Source of the DNA: Folioceros fuciformis
Lineage: Eukaryota
Direction of reading: 5' to 3'
DNA length: 64,000 bases
Assembly (NCBI GenBank): GCA_049999805.1
Contig: JBNGIO010006257.1
Coordinates: 81,675-145,674 of the forward strand
In this document: positions 24,913 to 38,843 of the stretch, in pieces
Numbering within the stretch: the stretch's first letter is position 1
Layout: each line of letters opens with the position of its first letter
Program-made: the position numbers and the translations under genes
Notes under the pieces: model-generated
Told to the model about the DNA's origin: nothing
Databases searched by the model: none
Seen by the model: the letters and a program-made list of their open reading frames with translations, nothing else

Positions 24913-26716
24913 CACCTTGAAGGTCCATGAGCAAGAAAGTGTCCCTCCAGACCTCGTTCCAAGTTGGTTTCAAAAGGAAAACGGCTTTGGGAAGGGTGGG
25001 TTTCTTTACAGGGCTCTTTCCCATGAACTAAGTTCCGCTGTGTTTGCAGCGCACGATCCAACAATAACACACTTCCAGCTTAACGCGTCAAGCAAGACCA
25101 TAGCAAACAATTTCGTCGCGATTCGATCCTGCCCAAAAAAGGGTGCGCAGGTGTCAGAACGTCCACCAATCTTGACAGACCCTAATTCGTAGTTTGCTTC
25201 TAACATGCTTTCTGAAGCTTAGTTCACATGAGGTATGGATATTTTATCCACTATAGGTAATTTGTCTTTATGTAAGAATAACAGTTACTCCAAACAACCT
25301 ATTTGGGATTATCTGATTTCAAACATATGCACAAACACGTCTTCACTTAGTTATTTAAGAAAATAATTATCACCATGTCTTCTTCTTCTGAAGTTCCAAC
25401 TTTACTTTGTTTTCATCCACATTCATTATTTGTATATATTCATCATCATATTACTTTTAATTTATTTATATTTAACTATTATTGTATTATCANNNNNNNN
25501 NNNNNNNNNNNNNNNNNNNNNNNNNNNNNNNNNNNNNNNNNNNNNNNNNNNNNNNNNNNNNNNNNNNNNNNNNNNNNNNNNNNNNNNNNNNNTCTCTATA
25601 AAATTTTAAAATAAATCATATATTTAAATAATATTTAAATAATATTATTATCTAAACTCCACATCATAGAAACTATTTTTTAGGACATGCACGGTGTACA
25701 GCTGCAAAGCAACTAAGTCTACAAATCAAAATAATAAATAAATAAATTTATCCTTCACTAAAAGGAAACATGAGTTTCAAATCTTGAAGAGTTGTTATAC
25801 AAACTGGAGTTCAAAATTGGACATCATATAATCCCTTGACCTACTCCGACCTCACGTCTTGACTCAAACGGACGGCCTTGTGGAGAACGTCGGCCCTACA
25901 TATATAAACATGCGCGCCAGTATGCACGAGTTAAAATTCAGGTCACAAACTTATCAAAGAAAGGCGTTGTACAAATCTTTGATTCGGACATTCAAAAGTT
26001 AATTCGTCCTTTCAGGTGCAAATCAAAAACGCCTTAACTTCAAGCACGACAGTCCATCCATCCAGCAAAGCCGGGCGGAAGAACAGACTGACCATACAAC
26101 ACAACAAGCCTGAACCGTGACATACAGGATTTTCAAAACATTGACACAATTGGCTTAACTTTTTGCCAAGCTCATTTGTCATTCGGAGCGATTGGACACA
26201 TGGTTTGGACTACAGGTTAAGGATGTATGCACGTTGCGCCCTTGGTGTATTGTGGTGTAGTTGGCCAAGGCTTGGCTGTAGACTGTACACACCCTTCCCA
26301 AATCTATCTCATGTTCCTATTTCTTGGATAGTGATACTTTCTAAAAGCCACTCTTCTCCTGCTGCATGTCATGGGACCTATTTGGGCATATCAGGAGCAT
26401 ATATTAAAGTTAGCACAGGCTAACACAGTTTATCCAGGCGATCTTCTGACCACCATGCCTATTGTAATCTACCAGCTTCATGGAATAGGTGACAACACAA
26501 CTATGGAAGAACTTAAGCCTCTACGCTTCTGCAGAGTTCACATTGGCTTAGTCTCATATTTACACAGTTTTGACCTAACCAAGCAACAAGACTGCATGCA
26601 TGGCATTTTCATCCACAGGGGTGTACATTGTGCCTACCTGGACACCTCTTCAGACAGTGGACAACTACACACACCGAGCGTTGGCAATAGAAAGAAATCT
26701 GCAAGATGAGGCTTGG

Positions 26717-29467
26717 TTATACTATGTTGATAAAGAAGGTGCAGAATCGAACCTGTTTCTCAACAACGTTCACAGCAGAAGTGTCTGTTGAAATGCCTTT
26801 TAGCAACCTCGAGACACCAGCAGGCAATGACTCTACCACCCCAAAAATTGAACCACTGTCACCTTGGTCATTTGCAACGCCCTCCATCGCATCTCCTGAA
26901 GGAGGACTTTGATCCTCCAGGTTGCATAGCCCAGGTTCCAACTTCTTGGTAATGATAGAACCTGTACTTGCATGCCCTGCATCCCTTGTACTACGCTCCA
27001 GGCTCTCCACGCCTGGGTGGATTGACTCGCAGCCTACCCCTCGACAACTTACCCCTCCATCGCGAGAGTCCGTTAGAATCGCCTGCTTTGGTCGCTGTGC
27101 CAGAGCTACAGCATCTCCCCTACTATCTTGCAGTGCCTCTCCGACTCCAGAAAGATCATCGACGACACAGCTACCTTGACAAGCTCCACTGCCACCAGAT
27201 AGCAAGGGCCATTGCGGACAGAGCAATTTTCCAATTTCAGCAGGTGATGGGACATGCCTCACGTCTTGAAAGGCAGGCCTTAATGAGTCTTCACAATCCT
27301 CGAGGTTGGTGCGGTTTGGGTTCCCGGTTAGTCTGGGCCCTGTTGTTTCAGCGTCTGGTATTCCTACAGTCCCTTGAAAAAAAGAGGGCAAACTGACATC
27401 ACCCTCACCCGGAGATGACTGGCACTGGCCCCCGTTACCTGTTTCAAAGCCTTTGGTCAGTGGCCGGGCATGATTTTTCTTGTATCGATGATGGAGCAAG
27501 AGAGATTTTGACTTAAAGCTCTGCCCACAAATTTCACACGTGAATGCCTGCATGTGATCAAACTCTATGATATGCAACCGCAGCTTCCGCTCTGTTAGAC
27601 AGTCAATCCCACATACGGGGCAGTTGCAACATATCTTTGTCACGTCAACATCTCTGCTAACACCAACGGCAAGATGCCCCCGAACAAGTAACTTGTGTCG
27701 TCCATCACTTTCACCAGATGTATTTGAGGCAGCCTTACCTGCCAAATACTCCGTGCTGTGATGCACACTCTGTGTGCACTGACGTCCAGACTCGACACCA
27801 GATGCAGGGGAGACATCCTCAAGGCACCCATCAATTTCAATCGAAGGCTCTTCTTTCACCTTCACCACAGTGTCATGCTCCTTCTGGATCGCCTGTAAGG
27901 GTGCTTCATCTAGCATCGGAGAAGGACCAACAGTTCCTTCCTGCCCCACATGCTCAACCAAAACCTGGCCTCCACAATCATGAGGGGTCGTATCCGCAGC
28001 AGAGAGTTCCACTGGAATAGTCCTTGCAAAAGAAGGCCAAGTATAAGTGGGCCTCACTCCAGCACCATCCACTACCACACAGGAATTCACTCCAGTTTCT
28101 TCCTGCCTCTTCGGATCCTCATGAACATGATCTTCATTTCCTGCAGGAATGGAATGAAGTGCAGCAGGAGATTCGTTTGGCATAGTCTTCGGCAGAGAGG
28201 AGAGAGACATATCAGGCCTGGCTCCATCACCATCTGCTGCAAGAGATGCATTGCTGGTTCTGCTCGACTTAAGATTCAGATCCTCCTCAGTGACAGTCAC
28301 GAGTTGAGCAGCAGCCTCTTTGAATGATCCCCACGTGTTGCCCTGCGGGCTGCACATGCAAGAAACCACACATTGATGATAACAAACAAGGCAACATAAC
28401 CTCCCCTTTTCCCTTACTAGACTGCGCTTTCAACACGAAAAAGGCCCAGCACTCAGAAGAACATGACTGCAATTGTGCTTGAAGTAGGAGGCATACTCTT
28501 TGTAGTCTCTATACTCAAAGTAGTACCGTCCATGCTTCTGACGCAAGCCTACACAAACAGTCCATCCCGAAGGAAATCCATTTGCAGACACGGTCTTCCT
28601 CCGCTTGTGATCAGAGGTCCAAGTGCCCCCCATGTTTGTCAAAACCTCGAACAGTCCTGCCTCTGACGTGTCAGGTCCCTTTCCCCTCCTCTTGCCAGGG
28701 AGGAGGTCTACGTCTTGTTCTCTCTGGAGTTCTGCATCCTGGTCTCCTTGCGCATCCTTCCTATCACCTGCCTGTTTTATCTTCCTCCGCTTACGATGCC
28801 CTTCGCGTCGCATAGATTCATCTTCCTCCCTAGATGTGCCCACCGCAGTATTCCTCTTCTTCCTGTCTCCGGATGAGGGAACTGTTCCAAGCAGCGGATT
28901 ATCCTGCACAGGAGGACTCCGGGACCTGGCAAGGCCACCCGCCTGGTCCATTCCATAAGCATCACAGCTTCGACGTGAAGGCCGCCCACGGCTTCTGCGA
29001 GGACTCGTTTCAGGAGACCGATCATTCTTTGCCTTGCCACTTCCGCGCCCTCTAGAAGGAGCCTTCTCCTCCAGGAAGCACTGTTTGTGATTTGCAGCAC
29101 TGTCATTAAACCCACTATTCTTCTCTGCATGCACTTCCACCAATGCCAGTGTTCTAGCATGATCCAGATCTTGGCCCGACACAACCTCCGCAACCTGAAG
29201 CAACTCGTCCGTACCAAACGCACGAAGGTCCACCAAAACCACTGGCGGCACTCCCTTAGGTTTTCTCACATCCTCAAACTCTACCACAGTCCTCGGGTCT
29301 ACTGCACCTGGCACCACAATAGTGCCATCCCCAGTGCACACGGGCTCCGGTAGGCCAGCAGCAATCTCATCCTTGACAACAAGCTCCTCTCCCGCCTCCA
29401 ACTCCACCAGGCTCACCATGCTCGAATCAACTTCAAGCAGAAATCCTCCAGCGCCGTCCTCTCCCAC
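26717..29467 (-). CDS. MBD8-like methyl-CpG-binding-domain protein with two C2H2 zinc fingers
   Basis: VVLVDLRAFGTDELL N-terminal motif. GGTWTSDHKRRKTV...FPSGWTVCVGLRQKHGRYYFEYRDYK is spliced (intron about 28350-28496) to DPQGNTWGSFKEAAAQL. Fingers CPVCGIDCLTERKLRLHIIEFDH and CEICGQSFKSKSLLLHHRYKKNH. Start codon uncertain (first in-frame ATG about 29419). Confidence 0.75.
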
Positions 29468-30439
29468 TCACGTACCTTCTCCCCAAGGATCCTCCAGCAG
29501 GGTCTCCAAGATATCACAACACACCTTCAAGATCCCGGACCCCTTCGGCGTAAGCCCCACACAGCCCCATACCGTCCACTACACATACCCCGCAGCTCTG
29601 CGTTCCCCGGCTTGGACCCATCTCCTCCACCCCCGCACATGAAAGCAATAAAGAGGAAGTGCAAATGCGTCGAGCTGCAGCCCCAACCTCGTCAGCACAC
29701 AAGGCGACGCCGGCTCCTCACCTGCAACCACACGACCTCAGAATTCCAACCGCATTGCCTCCGGACGGGGCCTGGAAGCACAAGCACCACAAGAGCAAGA
29801 GCAGAGAACGTATTAGGGCACAGGCATTCGAAAAAGAAGACGATTCTTAGGCCACAGAATTGGTCACTGAAGCAAGCTCAAGAAGTATACCAGGCACAGC
29901 CGAAATGCGGAGCACAGCGCAGCCGTGCCATGGCAACTGCAGGGAAAGTGAATTCCGAGAGCAAGCCTCCGGGAGCAGGAGACGCCGCCAAGAAGCTCCC
30001 CGAGGAGCAGCAGGCTGAAGACGTGATTCCATCGTAATTTCCGTTGTGAGGCTGCATCCCTGGAGCGGGTGGCGAGCCTAGGCAGAGTCCAGCGCTCTGA
30101 TTCGCACGACTCCATGGCAAGAACGGCTCTCGTATCGGATCGCTAAGCCCATGGGTGAAGGTCTCGCTGAATCGATACTTGACGACAAACGGTGCGGGAA
30201 GGCGGGGAATAAAGCAACAAATTTGAAAGTCCCTCCCGAACTGCACTCATCTAGCACATGCAACACCGGCTCTTACAACGCAGCCCTGGCTTCGCTCCGC
30301 TTGCATCCACTGCACCATATACAAGTCACAAATTTCGAAGTCCCCTTCAAAACTGCACTCACGTAACACACGCACTATGCAGACCTATCTTGCAAGGCCC
30401 TCTTCATTCTCCTCCCTTTCCCTTCACCATTGGAGTGAG

Positions 30440-31085
30440 TGATTTGTGAAGACAAGGTTCAAGTCTCCTTTCTTTCTTTTTTAATATGCATATTTCTTCC
30501 TCCAAACAAACTAGCCCTAAACAACACAACTGAGATGTTCCGGCAAGTCTCTATGTTAAATATTGTAGATGTTGTTCAGAAGACAAGTATGTTCTAAATC
30601 CTATGTTTGCATATTTGTATGATCTGGAACTTGCAAAAGACAAGTAGCCCATTAGGTCAATCTTGGGATGACCAATGATTGGACTACAAATTAGTCTTAG
30701 CTAGGTTATAAAACTAGTGAAATATGACATAACACAAATTACTACTGAATTGCTGCAACAAGATACTCCATATGGAAAGAATTTTCAGCAAGTGGGCTGT
30801 AGTCAATGAGCAAGTTTTGAGTGTGCTAAGATGTTGCAATGTTCAAGTGTAGTCTTGAACATGGAAGGAGAAATGCCAAGATCAAACTCACTACTTACCC
30901 AAAGCCATGCTTTCCTCTTGGGCTTCTTATTTCCTCTAGGGCTTCTAATTTCCTCTTGGGCTTCTTATTTCCTCTTGGGCTTCTAATTTCCTCTTGGGCT
31001 TCTAATCTAGGGTTCTCTCTAATCTAGGGTTCTCTCTTTGTTTTTTCACATTGCCTCTTATACTTCTCTTGTGCACTTCACATCA
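30440..31085. mobile_element. Possible solo LTR
   Basis: AT-rich block bounded by inverted ends TGTGAAG (30445) and CTTCACA (31082), with internal TTTCCTCTTGGGCTTCT repeats at 30911-31005. No clear target-site duplication. Confidence 0.4.
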
Positions 31086-31514
31086 GGCCAAAACATGTTG
31101 TTTAGGAATTGTGGAGGCAATTTTAGTCCTGTTCTGAAGCAGCCTTTAGTGGCTGTAAGCATCTTTCCGGACCCGGAGGGCCCGGGCAGAACAAAACTAA
31201 AATTGATGGCCAAATCCTGCTTTATGCCATCCTGATGGTCGGGACCGGGCTACAAGCACTACAAGGATATATTGGCGCATATATACGCCAGGTAGGGATC
31301 AAGGCAGCCGACTCGGACTTTGTGGAGTATTGTTAGGGTTGGGGTTAGGGTTAGGGTTCTCCGGGGTGTAGTGATTATCCTTCAGTGCGCAACACAGTCA
31401 GTCTGTCTCTTGTTGGGGGTCGTCTCAGTTTTTTGTAGATGTGCGTGCGGCATCATATGTTCACTTTCTGCAGAGGGATTTCAGTGGTTTGTGGTAACCT
31501 TTCGTCGCTGCGAT

Positions 31515-31660
31515 GTCTAGTCTGCTGTGATGACTACTATAATCCCAGCTCGCTTCGAGGTCTTTCGAGATTGATGAAGAGACAGAGATCTGAGCAGGCC
31601 CGAGTCGTGTCGTGTTTGTTTTCCTGCTGTTTTCCTGTCCGTCCACCACTTCTCCTTCGC
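31515..31660 (-). repeat. Dispersed repeat, copy 2 (homologous to 6040-6180)
   Basis: Reverse complement shares an identical core of about 35 bp and similar flanks. Confidence 0.85.
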
Positions 31661-33007
31661 TGTGCAAGAGATGTTTGGCTGGACGAGTGTTGAAATGATG
31701 ATGTCTTGCTGTGCTTGTGCCATATGTCGTTACGGCAAGCTTTTCCTATGATTACATCTACCATGCTAATACTGAACCTGCGATGAAATTGGCCTACGGC
31801 GATGAGGAAGCTGCGATACGAAGCTAAGCACAGCTTGTGGTTTGGGCCTTAGGTTAGGTCCAGGTTTGAAGGTGTCGTTCTCGTGCCCCCGTTATTCCTG
31901 ATGGTTGTGTGTTCTTGGTTCTCCCAAGAACTTGAGGCTATGTCCTCCGGTTACGGAGGCAGCCGGGAAGCGGATGGAGTTATCTTGCCCCCTTGTGTTC
32001 CTTTGTTTGCCGCTTACTGTCTGCATGGTAGACACTTCTGTGGCTTTCTGCGTTGTGCTTCCCTAAGTCTTTTCGGTCACGTTGCTTCATTGACAGCCCT
32101 AAACCTCACGCAATGGCGCCCCAGTTCTTGCGTGGTAAGCTCTTTTTTTTCCCGGTGAAATGAAGAGTGAAGATAGGACACGCGGTTCGTTCGGTCTTCG
32201 GAACCTTTGGTCGAAGCCTTCACCGAAAGGCGTGAACTTTAGACTTCACGGTTCCACTCGGGTTTTGTAGTATGCACGGCTCCACTCCGGCTTTGTAGTA
32301 CACATGGTTCGTCTCGGGATTCTGAGCTGAGCTCGACTCGGGCTGTGCGGTGCTCACTGGGCTCCTCTCGGGATTTGTAGTAACGAATGTCGAGTGGCAT
32401 TTCTTTTGCTACTAGCCGCCGGTAACCGGGGCATCACCACCTGTGGCTGCTGTTGTCTCATTCCTTCGAGACAGATTTCCGAATATCGTCTCAAGTGAAA
32501 GAGTGAGGGAAGGAAAAATAATGAAAAAGGAAATAGCGAACTCAGGATGGCACCGCAACTATGCTGACATAGTTCATCTTCTCTTCGTCAGGTAATTCAT
32601 CACTTCCTCAGGTCCTGCAGGTTGCTAGAAAAATTCTCAACACAAACAACATTCTAGAAACCTCTAGATCATTGAAACCATATTATATCACATCTGAGAA
32701 AGGTACAGTGTTATACACGTGTGGTGCGATGTAGGTGACTAACACGTGTGAGCGTTCGTAAAAGTTGCCACGGCAGCCCTCCGAGCTTTCCAGGCCCGTG
32801 GACTGGTCTGTTTGTAGAAGCTGCTCGTCGTTTCTCGATGCAGCTTCTAGGAACAGATCAGGTCTGCCAAGGCTTGTCCGTCACTCCCATCGTTTGGGTG
32901 CAGATCCATGTGCTAGATCCCGTGCATCTGTAAGAAGTCGTGTAAGGATCCACAGTATGTGGCACCTGCCTGTACTGTCACGGGTTGCCCATCTCTAATG
33001 CCAGTGC

Positions 33008-35009
33008 TCAAGGCTCAGCGAGTAGTCCAAATTGGGCAGCCATCTTGAGAATGGTGGCTTTCACGTCCTCCTCCTTCATCTCACCTTCTTTCATCTGTCA
33101 GCCAAAGCAACATGACAAGGCCTATGAGCTCCGGGGCTTTAACACAAAGCGAGCACAAAGAGAGCACCAAGCTTCTAGTCAATAGAAGTGGTGAAGACAA
33201 GTCAGAACTTTACCTCAGCTATGAATGTGTTGAGGACATTCTTGTTAAAGCAGGTGAGGTTTGCGTTCAGCACATCCAGACCCGCAGCTTCGAGTGTTTG
33301 CATAAGTTGTACTAGCACACCGGGGCCTTGCTTGCAGAATATTCTCAGTTGAAAGGCTCCTACATCAACCCGGGAAATCTCCACCTGCAAAAAGAGTCGT
33401 CATTTGTCAAGGGGCTGAAGATGAAACATGCTCAGTCCAGGATGTGGATGGACAGCTGAATCCTTCACTTCACAGACAAAACTTACTTGCAGCAATGACT
33501 GCTGAGGCAGATTGCTGCCGGCTTGGCTGCCTAAGGTGGAGACCAATCCATCTTCCGTTGGAGGCACAGGAGAGCTCTCTGTGCCGTCACAAACTATGCC
33601 TGCAGGACAAGGAGCACAGCCGCTTTTGATCTTCTGGCTGTCTGCTTCGATTTCTGATATGTCAGACTGGAGACTCTCCACCTGCTGCTGAAGCTCTCGC
33701 ACATACTCTATGGCATCCCCGACGATCGAAGCTTTATCCATCTGCGCCATTGCAAACATGCAATTGTTACCAGGAAAGACTTGACGAGGGAATGAGCCGT
33801 ATAAAGTACTTTACGCAGTGCTGGTAATGACAGACTCACTTTGCTGATTTTGGGCACCAGAGCACGCAAAGCGTACAGGCCATCGTTTAGCCGCTTCCGC
33901 CGTTTTCTCTCTGAAACCAGATTCTTGGATGCTGTTCCAGAGGTGTACTGTCTCCTGCGACCTCTGCTGGATGTCATTACTGCGGGTTTCACATCCATGT
34001 CGTCTTGATCACTGCAATCCGTACCTGAGTCTCCGGCGGCTATAGGCTCCTCCTTTTCGGCTACAGCCTGCTGAATGTCACCCGCGACCCCTGAAAGATA
34101 GGCATCCTTGGTAAGGAACTCTCCCTCTTTGGAAGTCTCAAGCTTGGGCGCTACCTTCTGCATCTCCTTGACGCTGCTGGGAGCGTTGAAACACGATTTC
34201 CCTCTCAACAACAGGTCGTCGACGTCGGATTGGAAAGAGTCGTTCCCCGTGAAAGATTGGGTTCCACTCTGGGACAAGTTCCCCTTGGATTGCCGACTAT
34301 GATTGCTCAAGGTGTCAGAGTAGTCGATGCTACCGTCCCGGGATGCAGGAGACGACAGATCCTGAAGAAAAGACCTGGTCCAGTACGCACCACCGGTACC
34401 GCTTGGGGCTCCAGGACCAGCAGATATCGCTCCTAGCGATAGACGAGAGATGCTCGACAAGGGAGAGGAATTGGGAGTGGACATGGAACTGAGTGCAGAC
34501 ATCCAAGGCACCCCCGCGTTGCCTCGGCTGCCCACTTGCAGGCCATGGGACAAGCTCGAAGGCTGCCCCACCCCGTCCATAATTCCCTCCGTCTTGCCTA
34601 CAGCCCCCTGGCTCTCAACCTGCGGCCTCTTCTCAAACACAGGAGGCTGCAATGCGGTGTGACCGTGACCTGCACGATGTGGGTACTTCCCATGCAGCAA
34701 CTCCTGCACGGAGCCTGAAGAATGCACAAAGGCGTCGGAGGCGGTGAATGTCTCCACCGGAGCTGAATTCAGCAGCCCGGTGACTTGTCCGGAAGCATGA
34801 AGCGCTGCCGGGTGAGCTGGAGTGGTGGTACAGCCACCGGTACTGCAAGGGTCAGTCATGGAATGCAGCTGATTGTAATGACCCAAGGCCTCGATAATCT
34901 TGCCACAAGTGGCCGAGATGCTGAGCCTTGCGTCATAGGTTGCTGCCCCGTGGTGATCGGGCACCTTAAGCCGATGGCGATTCAGGAGGAAAGGTGAGCG
35001 ATCATGCAT
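33008..35009 (-). CDS. Group III bHLH transcription factor with C-terminal ACT-like domain (ICE/FIT/AMS-type)
   Basis: ASKNLVSERKRRKRLNDGLYALRALVPKISK|MDKASIVGDAIEYVRELQQQV, then the ACT-like VEISRVD..FQLRIFCKQGPGVLVQLMQTLE. Exons: ?-33840, 33741-33487, 33384-33214, 33094-33008 (TGA). 5' start uncertain. Confidence 0.9.
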
Positions 35010-36134
35010 CTGTTGAACACACAACCGACGTGCACATGGTGTTAGAAGCTACATACGGAGTGCACATAAGGAAGAGCGGTAACAAAGCGGTTACATCATC
35101 AGCGCCATGGTGACATGAAGCAAGCAGGCAAGACAGCCCCGGGCCGCAGCAAACCTTACCAACAAATCTGCCTTGTGAAAAGCCGTTCAGGAATCAGCAG
35201 TGAAAGGGACATGAAGGACGGGGGACTGGAGGAAATGAAATTTTAATCACGAGGTGACCAAGCAGCTACACTGACATCCTTCCTGTAGTACATGCTGCAG
35301 CCCAGGCAGAGTGAGAAGACTGTGTACAAACAGCATCCCGGCCAGTGAACCGATCCCCTGGGCTGTCCTGACAGAGCAGAGATGCCCCATGAGGATCTAC
35401 AAGAGCTGAAGAAAGGCTGTACATGCTGCGAAATGGTTGTTCACGATAAAGGCAAGGTTCAGGCAGAAGGCAGAAACTTGCGAAAAGAGGTCACAGTGAC
35501 GGACTCTTGGCAGCTCGTTTCACCTCCTGCCGCAGGACTTGGGTGAAAAGTCAGTTACAGTAGCAAAAAAGAAGAATGCTTTGAAAGCAAGGAGCTGTAA
35601 GGAGTTGGCCATGTTTTCCAAGCAAGAGCCATTCCAGCAGCTGTCACAAAAGAAACCTGTATGGAAACAGCAAAATTGACACACTAGAGAGTCCCAATAC
35701 GGTACGCAACGTTGGACGGTGTCACCCGTGGTGTACTCAAACGCAGCATTTGTTGGTCCAGGACACACAGAAGCAGCTGAGAAGACAGTAGACGAAGAGA
35801 CTCATGTACCGCACCATATAATGGGTGGTAATTTGACATATTTCCTAAGCAGCGATAGGAATCTCGGGCGGCTGAGAGCACTAGCATAACAAGAGTCCAG
35901 AATTGGATTGCAGGACACTGGTAGGTTTCGCACATGCGGAGTCAATGCAGGTCAGGAATCTTAAGCCAATTCGACGGGCCTTGAAACAAGGCACTGAACT
36001 GCACTGAGCACTGAGAGAGCGGAATGAGAAAGCTAGCTAAGCATGGCGCAGCGAGCGGGTCCCCCATGGCAACGGATTAAACAGACTGAGTGAGTGGCGG
36101 CCGTTCGAAGCAAAATTTCGCAACCGGGGATGCG

Positions 36135-36300
36135 GCACGGCAAGGCGAGGCAAAGGCGAGGCAAGGCAAAGCAAGGCAAGGCGAGGCAAGGCAAAGCAAG
36201 GCAAGGCAAAGCAAAGCAAAGCAAAGGAGAGGAGAGGCAAGGCATGGCAAGGCAAGGCACGACACGCCACGCCACGGCAGGGCACGGCACGGCGCGGCAC
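36135..36300. repeat. (GCAAG/GCAAA/GCACG)n pentanucleotide microsatellite
   Basis: Direct inspection. It explains the spurious ARQGK/PCLAL ORFs. Confidence 0.9.
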
Positions 36301-38843
36301 TGCAAAGCTCTCTTGTCCGCTGGCTCGCCAAAGATTTTTGTGTGTCACATGGCCACCTCCCAGCGACAAAAATTGGACGCGTACCTGCATTGCGTGCGTC
36401 ATATGGGCGAGCGGAAGCAGGGCACGACGTTGCTGGTGCAGATGCTGACGCGAAGGTCAACTCGCAACGCTGCTGCTGGTGCCGATGGAGCTCCACGGCT
36501 GCCCCAATGACACAGGCGCCCGCAGGCTCAGGCTCAAGCTCATTGCTGCAACCACGTGGTGCCTGACATGACCCAATCGTCTCCCTGCTCCTGGCCGCGG
36601 CCGAGGATTCTCGCCTACGCGCTTCATGGTAATCGATCTACATGCTTCTTCTCCAATTGCCGCATTCCCGCCCACCGCGAGCTGAGAGCAGCGCAGGCCA
36701 AATGGAAGGCGGGAGCAGAGGAGGCGGCGTGAGGCGCAACAGGAGGAGTTGGGCAGGAGTAGTAATGGGGGAAAGGGGGAGGAGCAGTGACGTGAAATGG
36801 GAAGCTTCGGAGACGTGAGCTCGCTGGGCAGCTGGAGTCGCGGGAGCAGCAGAGTTCTCTTTTAAGGCACGTTCTGTCAGCACACTCACTCACTCCTCTC
36901 CTGATCAGTGCGTGGGTTGTATCCTACTGGAAGGTGGAAGCAGAGCCATCGTCCAGGGAGCGGGACTGGCTGGGCGAGTCGTGACGGTGTCCGAGAGGAT
37001 TGTGTGTGCAACTCCATGCCATGATGATGATGACTGGCAGGGCTGGCCGTGCCGTGCCTTGGGTTGGGTTGGGTTGGGTTGCCTTTCCCTGCGCTCTGGC
37101 CCTGTCCCTGGCCCCCTGGCCCTGTCCCTGGCACTGGCTCGTCACGACCTTCTTCCTCCTCCTCCTCGTCTTCCGCCGGGCCAGCCAAACAAAAAAGTCG
37201 AATACGACGTGAACGGAACGGAAGCGAGAGGTTTGACGTGCTCCAGTTGAAACATTTTTTGTTACCTCTTTCTTTCCCGGAGGGCCCCACCATCCGGGAG
37301 ACAATCCCCTCCCCGAGTCTGCCAACGCTCTTGGTTCATCATTGGGGCAATAAATTCACCCCCGTCCCCCTCCCATTCCCGCTCCTCCCCGCCCCGTTTT
37401 TCACTCCCAGTGAAACTCTCCACCGTTTTTACGACATGCGCATGTCATTACCCTGTCAAGCCCGTCAAGCGTGACACCAGAATCAGAATCGGTCGGATTC
37501 CGCGATATAGAATCGCGCATCGCTAAAAGATGCGTCAATTTTTTCTCCTAAATAAAACTGAAATGGCAGCCAAAAAAAACAATTCACCCTGCGAATATTC
37601 ATCTTCCATGCGTACGTACCGTATGTGGCAGGCAGACCTTTATTTTGAACCGTACGAGTTCGTGAAGGTGACGGTTTTGAGCTGCAGGCGTCTTGATGGC
37701 GCTGGATACATCCACCTGCGTCACGCCTCCGTTCCGTCCACATATCCAGTTTTACATATCATTTTTTCTTACACCGGCTTACGCCTGTTGGTGGGTTCCC
37801 ACTCTCCGAACTCTTTGAGATTCGACGAAAGAAGGCCTCGGATTCCGCAGGTTTGGTTTTTTCGGGTTTTTTTCTTTTCTAAAGGAAGAAAGAAACAAAG
37901 AAAGAGAGAGAGTGTGTATCCGGGCTCCTCAAGCTCAGGGTTCGACCCGAATGAGGCTTTTGAGGGACACTTTCCCCCAAGATCCTTTTGAGAGCAACCA
38001 ACAGAGGTTGTCAGGGCCAGGGCCAAGGCCAGGGCAATGTCAGGGGGTCTAGGTTTGTGTGCCTTCCGGAGATGGTTTCTCTAGATCGTTTGTAAAATAG
38101 TCAAGGGCGGGCGGATTTGCAAAACCAAGAGAATGAGGGGCAGAAGGTCAAAACTTGCTTTGCTTTCTCGTCGCCTTGCCTTGCCTTGTATCGCCTCCCA
38201 GGGCCATGTACTCGGGACAGGGACAGGCACAACAGACCAAGTCTCTCTCGTTTCACGAGTTTCCATGTAAGACCACGTCTTTCGCCCCTTCCGAGCCAAG
38301 TCATAATCACCGTAAGTTCTCATGTTTCTGTCACACAGCCTGCAAACCAGACATGGTGGAATACACAGAGATCTCGTCAGTGAGGACCACTGGACCAGGC
38401 ATGATACGCACCAGCTTGGCAGAGAAAGACATCGTAGCACGCGGGGTGTTCTCGTGATGTTGGGAAATGGTACACACACTTACATTTGTACGTTTCTCAT
38501 CAACAGGCCCACAGGGAGTGCACAGTGCTTGCTCCTGGGAGACTGGGCTGACCATAAAGACACAAGAATTAGTCTAGTATATACAAATGGTTTCATCTGT
38601 GGCACATACTAGCTTGCTGCTACAAATAGACTCTGCCAGGGCTCACAGCGCAACAAAGGGCTGTCATGTCATGTCAACAAAGCTGTTTAAATGAACTCGT
38701 GAAATGCCCAAGTTTTAGAACAAAACAAGGGAAATAGCACGAGAAGGGGCGTAGCAAAGACTACGAGCTAGGGGAACCAAACTGACAACAAAGACACGGT
38801 CGGTCAAGTCTGCAATAAGGGCGCAGCACGAAACCAGCCTGCT

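Noticed and set aside
25260-25900. AT-rich block around a 100-N gap as a Helitron or MITE
   Set aside because: Termini cannot be defined because of the gap, so evidence is insufficient.
36033-36566. Several ORFs of 90-160 aa with ARQGK or PCLAL repeats
   Set aside because: Translations of a pentanucleotide microsatellite.
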